Shown here: in pieces, positions 54,269 through 64,000 of the stretch
Layout of the letters: every line of letters begins with the position of its first letter
Numbering within the stretch: position 1 is the first letter of the stretch
Assembly: GCA_012295275.1 (NCBI GenBank)
Contig: CM022665.1
Coordinates: 930,001 to 994,000, forward strand
Source: Chrysomallon squamiferum
Lineage: Eukaryota > Animalia > Mollusca
Length of the DNA: 64,000 bases
Direction of reading: 5' to 3'
The notes under the pieces: model-generated
Databases searched by the model: none
Told to the model about the DNA's origin: nothing
The model's input: only the letters and a program-made list of their open reading frames with translations
Made by a program: the position numbers and the translations under genes

Positions 54269-57200
54269 ACACACACACACTCTCACACACACACACTTAC
54301 CACCTATTCTAAACTTTTCTCATCTCAGGATTATTGCACTGGCTATTATATTTGGTGTGATTGAGTTTGACCGAGAAGTAGCCTGTTCAAGAGATCTTCA
54401 TGATCACATACTTGGCTACCTTGTCATCTTATCACTATGCCTTATTCTCGAGGCTGTCATTGCATGGGTGAGCCTACAAGGTGGAATTCTTGACAGTGGA
54501 CCTCGGGACAGCATGCAGTATTTATTGTATGGAAGACTTGGTAATTTGCATAACATATATTTCTGTTTTATATATGTGAAAAAGAAAGGTTCAGTTTGGA
54601 AAAGTAATAGTTTTAATAAGAAGTAAATAAAGGAATCTGTACTTAGGATAGTTTATATATCCTCACTACTCTAATAAACAATTTAAATTAAGCTGAAGGT
54701 AATACGGCTAAATTGTATTATCCGTAATACTGAATAATAGTTCATTTGTATTCCTAGGTGCATATATATGTATATTAATCTAACTAATTCATTATTATCA
54801 TTTTTAACTTGAAATTTTCATTAGTAAAATGATTATTAATAATATAATAAACTCTTTGCAGTTGTTCTGCTTGGTGAAGTTTCATGGTTGGTTGTTGGAG
54901 TGGTCTGGTTTGTTAAACATTATTCAACTTGTCATCCAGTTGCTGCAAAGAAAGCTGTATTAGGTAAGATTAAAATTATTAAACAAGACAACAACAGACA
55001 GTGTTCATTTAGAAAAACAGGTGGTACAGGTATTTTTCTTTGTTTCTGTTAACAATAGATTAGAAAAAATGTTTGGTTAATATCTGCTTTTATAAAAGTA
55101 TAATTTGCAAACTGCATGAAAATACTGTTGAGATATTGCTGCAGTCTTCAGAGCTGAACTGCTTGATATTTTCATTTTTACATAATGTGGTGATGTCAGC
55201 AAAGCTGTTGATAATTGTATTTTAGATATTGTCTTAGGTTTTTGTTTTAAATTATGTTGTCCTCAAACATGTTGATAGTTATATTTTAGATGTGTTTGTA
55301 AACTTTTACCAAAACAAAAACAAAAAACCTTTTATTTATTATAGTTGTCTGGAAGGCATTGGTATTTATCTTATGCTTTAAAAGAATGTATTAAAACTGT
55401 GTTGTATTTTAGGTGTGGTGGTGTGTAACTGGACAGTGATGTTGTCAGTGCTGATTTCACTTTGGTGTACATTTGACTCGGCTGGTCGTAAATGGGTTAA
55501 GATGAAGAAATATCAAGAAAGTTTGAAAGAAATCAGAAAAGCTAATCACAGAGTGTCTGGAAGCACACGGCGTAACTGGAGACAAAGGTAAATAAAATTT
55601 GGTATATTCTGTTTTAGGGAAATTAAAACTCAGTACAGTTTATTATGCATGTATTAAGTTTCTGTTCATTATGGTATAATTATATTTAAATCATTTATTA
55701 CTCATTCATTTTTTGATGTTTTTTTTAATATTTCTTATATACCCTTTCAAAGAATATTTATCATTTATGGCATGCTGCATGGTGATTTTTCTAATAACTT
55801 GTGAAACAAATAAATGGAGGAAGCTGTATTAATAAAAATATAAATATTTATAGAACATGGCCTTTTCCAAACAGAAAATTAAAGATTATTAAATCTTTTT
55901 GCAAATACTGAAAATCATAATACCTAAGCTTAACATACATACATACATATTTGTGATTGTTAGTCTTTATTAGATTTTTCATGTTTGTTACAAATACATA
56001 TTGTTAATCATTTTATGTACGTGTTAAAATAATAGTTTTTAATGCACATTCTTATTATAATCAGTAGTTTGTCTTATAAACTAACAGCACAGATTAAAAA
56101 TAAAATAGGTATTTCATTTTTGCAAATCTCGTTTGCTTGACCACATGTATCAATTATTGTCAGTTATTCTATTTAATAATTTAATCAAAAAACATTTTTA
56201 AATTGGTTTTTCATTATTGTTGCAGCATAATAATACATATATATTTTTTTGGAGAAATCTTTGAGGAGTACAGTGGACTGTCGAAACAGGTTTCACTTGG
56301 GTCCAATGAAATATGCCAGTTTAGACAGTGCTGATTTATAAAGCTTAAAATGACATGAAATTGGAATATGTTTTATTATGATTGTTACATAAAACATGTT
56401 TTTGGTAGCAGCAGCAAAATATTTAATTTATCATTTTAAGAATGCCAGTGTACTAAAGTTTAGTCACTGGGTCAATGTGATTTTTCAGCAAGTGTTGTAT
56501 GCAGGAATGCTTTGAAATTTCTATTAATTGTTGGTAGGCATGTCCTAAAGATATCTATGATATCATGACTGACATCTGCACTCTCCTCACTAACTTTGAA
56601 CTGGTTGATGTTAAACAAAGTTAGCAATTCTTCTGATGCTTTGAAGTCAGGTTCTTCTACTCCTAGCTGTTCAGGGAGCTGAAGGCTTTTTGTTTTAAAA
56701 TCAGGCCAGAAATGGACTGTGTTTTGACTCTAGCCTGCTGAAACAACTGATGCAACAATCCTTTCAGATTTTTGAATTTACTTGTCATTACTCATTTTCT
56801 CTCAACTGAAATGTTGGTTTCATACAGTTGTCACTGTGTTTTAAAATGGTCACTGTGTTTTAAAATATCTGATACTGTCCATCTTCCTATCATAAATTGC
56901 TTAAATAATCTTTCTGTTTACTCAGTGGATTTTATGAAAATTCTTCTGTTTATTTCACTTTATACTGACATGAAAGTTTGATTTTAGGTCGATCAGCCAT
57001 TACAACTAATTCAGTAAAACAATGCACCATACGTATTTATGCAGAATTCTACTTTTAACACTAAATCTAAAAGTGAATTTACTTAAGTATCAAAACACTA
57101 ATAATAAACTGGTTCATATGCATATAGTAATTACTGCTTATTAAGCCTTCAAAGAAGCATGATCATTTTATCTTATGTTGTAGTCTGATTATATGCAAAT

Positions 57201-58690
57201 TGTGTGACAGTGTTGACAAACCTTATTACTATATAAATTGTTCTTTTGCTCCTAAGGTAGATAGCATCTGGATAAATTAGGATTTTGTTCATAATAGATT
57301 AATGATAACTGGACAGGACTTTGAAATGGTGCCAGTTTACACAGTCCACTGTAAATGTATATATTTTCATAATTATTAATAAATAAGATTTAGTTATTTT
57401 AGTATGTATTTGGCAGACATTGAAGTATAATATATCATAATAATTAATATACTCTCCTTCATGTGTGTCTTAAAACATTAATATCTTCATCTAGAAAAGC
57501 CTTTACATTTTTTTTTAATTTAAGTACTGATAAAGACAAAATATATTCATGAAACATTTCTGTATACAGTATCAGTTCTGCTGATTACAGTTGTATTACA
57601 TTATGACTTTTTTTATGTGAATGCATATTTTATTTTATTTTGGGGTTTTTGTTATATAGTTCATATTAGTTGTGTAATATTGTATATATTTATTTTTCAC
57701 TTGTTAGAAATAGTCTTTATTATTGACTTTAAAAGTGTTTTATTTGTCTGGATAAAAAGTAAACATGTTAATACACTGGAATATTTTGTCCTTGAAGAAA
57801 ATGTACAGATATCTTAAAAATGTGAACTAATTATCATTGCTGATTTTCTTATATTTTTGCTTTCTTTGTTTTGTTTTGTCTAAATTCATATTATCATTAT
57901 TACTATTATTTTGTAGCAAATTGTTTTTGATTTCTTAGTATTTTTGTGCAGTTTTTTTATTGTTTATTTATAATTTTTTAACAGTTTTCCTTCCTTCTGG
58001 TAATTCCTCTGTTTTATTTTTTGGGCTGTCATCAGGTTTTGCTTTGTTCCTTTAGAATACTTTTTACTTTCAGGTCTAGAATTGTAAAGGGCTTTTTTCT
58101 GCAGAAGCTACGCAGGTACCTTGAAACTTGTGGTTCTGCACAGCACTAATACATTTACATTTTGTACTACTGCTTTACCAGTTTAACATTTTACATGTAG
58201 TAGAGCAAATATCCATGATTTTATTAAAGTAATATTAATGTTACTATTGGTCTGAATATTAAATAGTAGGGTTTTGAAATTAATTTCCTTTTGTTATCCA
58301 GCACTAATCCAACCTGTTAAATGATATTTGCAAATGTTACTATGTTGTGTAAATTTATCAAATTTATCATCCAAATTGCTATATTATTATAGTTTGAGGT
58401 TGGTGACAAATTGTGTCTTATTAGTTGAACATTTTCTTAATATTTGCTACTTTCTGTTCTTAAATTTTATTCTGTTGTTAATAAATGGATGTTAATTGAT
58501 GTCAGTTACACGAAAAACAATCTGAATAAGTGTGACAAATTTATGGTAAAATCAGTGTTTTCACAAAGTTTTATATTAAGCTCACATCAATAGTATAGTA
58601 ATGGATGTCTTAAATATTTACAGCCACCAAAAGATATACCTTTTCCTTATGCTAATGCAATCAGCACAGTCCATGCATGAAGTCTCTAAA

Positions 58691-58721
<31 letters not shown>

Positions 58722-61700
58722 ATATATGTTTGGAAATAAATAAAATCACCTCTTTATTGAAATGAAATAAAATAATAATTTCTAGAAGTTAGAAATATGT
58801 AAAAATACTGAATGAAATATGCTAAAATGATAGTTGTGTTTTCTCCTAATATCAGCACTAATCTTATTAATAATATTGCATGTTTTGAATTCCCAGTGAA
58901 TTCCTGTAACTGTGTGTAAATGTTTTGTGTTTATGTCCTTTTTTCAGGTTTTGTTTTGTATAGAAGTAGAATTGTATTTCTCTTGTCCAACTTTCCTAAT
59001 AATATTGTTGCCAGAATATCTTAGTGGTTATCTATTAATAGTAAAATAAAATAAAATAAAATAATAATAAAAAATATGATCATTGGTTGCTAACAGTGGC
59101 AAATTTTCAATACTTTGTTCAACAGAAAAGCATTCAGAGCTTACGAGGAGAGCTGGGACAGGAGACTACAACTTTTATGCTGTTGTGTGAAGCGAAAAGG
59201 CAGGAATCGGGTAAGATAAATATTTTTATATCTAACATTTTCATTTTAAAATACATGTTTAAATGTTTCTTGATATAATTTTTTTAGGCTAGAAGACAAT
59301 TTCTTTTACATCAGTAAAGTAACGTTTTAATTATATTTATTGGCACACCTATATAAACTGAATATAATAACTGCATAACCCCCCCAAAAAAAAAAAAACC
59401 TATGCTTTCTTTTCATATTTTAACAATGAAATATTTTTGCTAAAATTAAGTTAAAAAGTTAGTTGAGTGAAATAGTTTCTTAGTAGTAAATAACAGATTA
59501 ATGGTACAAAATATTAAAAAATACTGAAAATAGATTTTTTAATATTTAATCAATTATATTTTAGAATTCCTTGGCAGAAATTGCTCAACTTCTGACAGAG
59601 TTCTTCCGTGATTTGGATGTGGTGCCTTCTGATGTCATAGCTGGTCTTGTTCTTCTTCGCCAGTCTCAGAAAAAACGCATGAGACTGACAGTTGAACAGG
59701 CAAGTCAAAGTTATATGTGTTTGTCATCAGTTTGAAACAAATTGTATTAACTGTAAAGCCTGTAACAGATCACAAATTAGTTATAAAAATACCTACAGCA
59801 GCATAAACACGTTCAGTCCTGAAAAATTTACTTTATTGTAATTCCATTTTGTGTTTCTTTTTTCTTTCTTCATATAAGAGCACTAAAACATTTAGCAGAG
59901 GCATTACTTCTTTTCAGATATTTTCATTGCTTTTTCAGTTAAAACATGTTGGAATAAATATATGTTTGGTCAGGACAGTTTATTCTGATGATATTTTTTA
60001 TTTATTCTTTCCTAGGAGAAAAGTTTAAAAATTAAACATTCTTTTTGCTTTACATCTTTAATTTAAATTTTTAACTTTCTTATTGTTTCAGGGTAGTAAT
60101 GATGTGTACCAGTATTTATCTGGTGTGCCAATCACCCCACAAACCCAGTTTCTTCAGCTGAGTGATCCTGAAGTGTTGAGCGACTACCAGAAAATTATCC
60201 ACTACATGCGCTTTGCTCTTGCTGCATATGGTTGGCCTGGTTATTTCAAAGCCAACCCAGGAACATGGCTATGTAGACTGACACCATTCCTAAGGTCTGT
60301 ATATGAATTGTATTTGATATTCATTTATTTTAATCTAACAGGTTTTAAAAATACACAGTAAACATAGTGCATTAAATTTGTTTCAGTATTAATACAAATT
60401 TTGAACATAACTTGTATTTGCATATCTAGTCTGATAAACGTTTGGTTGATTGATGTTAAAACAGACTTTTCTTGATTTCATTTTAGGAAGTTTAAAAGAT
60501 TTATATATGTAATGGGTCAATATATGTAGAAATTTGAACATAAGATATTAGTAAAGTAAATTTTAATGAAATCAGCATCAGTGATATGCTAGTGACTTAG
60601 ACATTTTGGTTGTGTCATTCAATGAAAACCGAAATTAATTTAATATTATTTTGAATAAATAGTGCATTATTTCTAGTTGAAAATACAGCCTAAAATGCTT
60701 TAACACATTTTCACATCACCAAGTTAATTTTGGTAGAGACACTAAGTATTCACTTATCTAGCATGCAAACAGTTCTGCTAAAAATGCAACAAATTTTGAA
60801 TGATAAACAGAGATAGTGTTTGAAGAGATAAAAGCCTGAATAATTTCAGCAGTTGATTTTATTGTTGATCAGAAATGTTAAATATAACATTTTGTTTGAA
60901 CTTAACAAATCTGCTAATGTCTACCAGTGTTTTCAGATTTTCCAGTATTTAAAGATTCAGTTTCTCTTTTTCAGAATTATGTATCAAAAATCAGGTCATT
61001 AATGAACAGTTTACAACTTTATAATAACCTAAACTGTTAATATCTGTATTTAACTGATGACTCTAAATTTGAAATGTTGAATTTAAAAACAAAGTTGATG
61101 CTAACTTTTAGAACAAAATTGTTGCCAGTTATATAATAATTTTTATATTTATATTTGACAGCTGTTGTTGCTGCATGAAACAACACAACCCTGCAGTATC
61201 GGGGGACAACTGTTGCTTGTGCAATTTTGCAGCTTTAAGACGCATAAGTAAACTGCAGGTTTTTGATGTAGTGTATGCCACTTACCACGTTGATGTAAGA
61301 TGTTTCTTTAAGTTGTTATTTACATATGTAGATTTTAGGATGACAAATATGTTGAAAGACATTGTTTATTATTGTGTTTCTTCAGAGCATGCTTAGATTT
61401 AGATTTTGTGTGACCAAGTATGAATTTATTCAGTATCTTGTATCTTGTATACATGATTATTCAGAATATATACCATAAAGGTGTGTAAGTATGTGCATGC
61501 ACACATGCAGACATGTGTTTGTGTTATCAGGATCTTATGTATTGTAAGAATTTATTTATTCCAGATTATTTGTTTTGTCCTGGACATAAGAATTCATTCA
61601 TGATCTTGTATTCATTTAAAATCCTACATTTTACAGAGAAATGTATGGCTTAACAGCACATCAGTGGGTTTTTTAACCTCCAAGCATGTAGAAAACAAAA

Positions 61701-64000
61701 TTCTACAATATGTAATATTTGTGCTGTTGGCATGTGGCCTTAGAGCATGTTTAAAGCTTTAGAGCTTATGGTCTGCAAGTATATATTTTTATTATTTTAT
61801 GATTTATGCATGTGTTTTTTTTAGAATATTTTATTGTGATATGGACATTGCCTCATAAATCACAGCTTTACTGAGCTAACTTACTATATAAATGAATAAT
61901 AAAATTATCCTCTTTTTCTTGAAATGCTGTTACTATACAAATTTCAGTTTTAAAAATTCAGGCCATTTGGTGATAGTGTTTTTTGAAAAAACCCACAACT
62001 ACTGTTTATTTAGAATGATATTTATTGGTTTTGTAGATAGTTCTTTGACTTTGCATTTCATTTATTTGTTTTAAAAAGGCTTTCTTAATAAAGATCAACA
62101 ATAAAAATACATTTATATCTCCTCATTGGATCTTCCATGTCCTTTTTTCTATGTGCATTTTTATAATACATTCTGCACTAAACATTAAATCATTTGTCTA
62201 ACTTACACATTTAGCACTGAAATTAAAAAATATATTTCAAGAAAGATATGTGAACTTTTAAATTAATTTTTTGTTTTCTTATTCAGAATATTAGTATAGA
62301 GGTTTGTTGTTTTTATTAAATTATATATTTTATGTTTTTTTATGAATAATTAGCATCATAGTCTTGTTACATGTAGAAATGTAAAATAAAGTTTTGAGTG
62401 TTTATTGAAAAAGTAGGTGTTTCATGAGGCAACATAGTAATTATTACCATTATTGTGCACAGCTTTATCTTATTTTATTATTATCATTATTTTTTTATTT
62501 TTTTTGCTTAAAGTGTGTAATTGTTCAGATTTACTGAAAACCATAAGGCCTTCTTTAAAATGTCACTTTACTTGATCTTACAGTTGGTTTGTTATTTCAC
62601 TTAGTGCTAACTTCTGTTTTCTCTTCAATTTTCATTTTTTTTATTATTCTTTGATATAAAGAAATACTTTTTGTGTTATAACACTTAACAGTATGTAAAT
62701 GTCTGTACTCTGTCCCACCCATGAAAGAAAATGTTAATAAAATGAAAAACAACTTTCACCTTTTTTTCAGCAGATTAAATAGATTTTGTAACATGTATAT
62801 TTTAAAGAATGGTCTGATGGGTGTACTGTTTGCCATTTCTGTTGTGTGGTACTTGTTTTTTTATCATTTTTTAATCTTTCAGTTAAATCATTTTATTTTC
62901 TTTGGTGTGTTAGATTTATAGAGCCCTGCTTGCCCTCTTCAGTAAGTTTGAGTGGTCCTGCTACAAACAAAGATACACGTATGTGCTTTTTATGTATTTA
63001 TTTGTAGTTTTCTTCATATGTTTGTGTATATATTGGTTTTGTTCTTTCATGGTAATTGGTATTACTGATTTAACTTTTCTTTTTTTTTTTCTTCTTCTTT
63101 TTTTTAAATATAAAATGTATTGTATATTTTGTTATGTCCTGTAATACTAATTTGTTTCTGTTTGCTTTTTATGATTGGCAAAACTAATTATTTTTGGTGA
63201 ATGTATTTGATTATTTGCCATTATTAATGTAATATAATAAATGAAATTCATTACTCTAGTATTTAGGGAGGTTTATATAGTCGTAAATTATTCAAATATG
63301 TTTATGTCCCTTAAAGATTCCAGCAAGAGCATACAGTCAGGACTGAGAAAAGTTTAGAGGATAAGATGTAGAGAATAAAGGCTGTATTGCTTATCTCTGA
63401 ACTGGAACAGATAGGAAAATGTGATCTCATTATCTACCTGTTTCAAAGCTGATTATTTGACCTGAATGTTACTGGGGCTAGTTGTCTGCATTTTAAAACC
63501 TTTTATTTAATTACTGGATTAAAGCATTAATATAAATCAATTTTTTATTTCTTTAGTATTTTCATATTCTTTTTTATTATTATTTTTATTATTCGCATAA
63601 ATTTGAATTTTTCTCTGGTTTGTTTTTAGATTGGTGAGACACCATTCTTTGTTGCTCTTGATCATCGTTATAAAAAAGTTGTTGTCTGTGTTCGTGGAAC
63701 AATGTCTCTGCAGGTAACTTTTTTCTGAAATTCATGATGGGTTTTTCATAAACTGTTTGTACTGGCAGTTTTTTTTTTTATTCTATTAAAACTGTAAAAA
63801 TTCTTTTAAAAATATGAAATCATATATACAACTTGGTAACAAAAATAATTTGATTTTTGTATTACTTTAGGCTTGCAGATAATTAAGTGAAACGTTTTTA
63901 TTGAAATATTTGTATTTAATTAATTATTTTACTTTTAATTTATTTAAAAATTAAAAAAAAAAAAAAAAAAAAAAAAATGTAGGATGTGTTGACTGATCTG
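53571..64000 (+). CDS. DAGLA: sn-1 diacylglycerol lipase alpha, 5' part; 3' end outside window
   Basis: Starts MPGIVVFGRRWSVGSDDFILP, followed by 4 TM segments, WCTFDSAGR, FFRDLDVVPSDVIAGLVLLRQ, HYMRFALAAYGWP, DNCCLCN and ETPFFVALDH...VCVRGTMSLQDVLTDL (start of lipase class 3 domain). Exons 53571-53665, 54329-54540, 54862-54963, 55413-55587, 59126-59210, 59565-59699, 60092-60294, 61162-61294, 63630-63713, 63983->64000. Confidence 0.94.
54193..54297. repeat. (CA)n microsatellite in DAGLA intron 1
   Basis: Direct read. Confidence 0.95.
56271..57351 (-). mobile_element. Internally deleted pogo/Tigger (Tc1-mariner superfamily) DNA transposon in DAGLA intron 4
   Basis: TIRs CAGTGGACTGTCGAAACAGG (56271) and CCAGTTTACACAGTCCACTG (ends 57351) match at 17/20. 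TA flanks both ends (56269-70 and 57352-53). A decayed transposase N-terminus lies inside. Confidence 0.85.
56510..56960 (-). pseudogene. Tigger/CENP-B-like transposase remnant (psq HTH + Tc5 HTH), with frameshifts and stops
   Basis: Hand translation: KQFMIGRWTVSDILKH ... LLHQLFQQARVKTQSISGLILKQKA/fs/QLPEQLGVEEPDFKASEELL...NINQFKVSEESADVSHD. This matches the Tigger pattern WFxQxRxxxxPISGPILKxKAxxxAxxLGxxxFKASxGWL...GESAxV. Confidence 0.8.
58074..58115 (+). other. Candidate 42-nt alternative micro-exon of DAGLA
   Basis: TTTTTACTTTCAG|GTCTAGA...CTACGCAG|GTACC. It is phase 2-2, frame-preserving and stop-free, adding SRIVKGFFLQKLRR. Confidence 0.55.

Noticed and set aside
62914-62978. GC-richer island with splice-like sites in DAGLA intron 8
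   Set aside because: All acceptor/donor pairings tried (65, 28, 57, 20 nt) shift the frame or contain a stop. It could only be a poison exon and there is no support for that.

Overview
This is AT-rich eukaryotic (animal) genomic DNA with many spliceosomal introns. It is probably a lophotrochozoan/mollusc, which is an inference from gene architecture and repeat style. Most six-frame ORFs are microsatellite artefacts, so I assembled the real genes exon by exon by hand. In order: (1) the 5' 28 coding exons of VPS13D on the minus strand, running off the left edge; (2) a complete 13-exon tryptophan hydroxylase (TPH, minus, ~512 aa); (3) a complete 7-exon secreted PAN/Apple + Sushi + GON protein (minus, ~396 aa) with a 1.4-kb 27-bp minisatellite in intron 3; (4) a tandem pair of diverged paralogous genes of an unrecognised family, sharing FYQxHYPLLL and LLDELEKE...ETFDPRxWPWN motifs; (5) the 5' part of diacylglycerol lipase alpha (DAGLA, plus, running off the right edge). 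DAGLA contains a GC-AG intron, a candidate 42-nt regulated micro-exon and an internally deleted Tigger/pogo transposon. The best leads are the orphan paralog pair, the DAGLA micro-exon, a CRE/RFX palindrome with a TATA box inside a TPH intron, the standalone GON protein, and a sharp CpG/microsatellite domain boundary.
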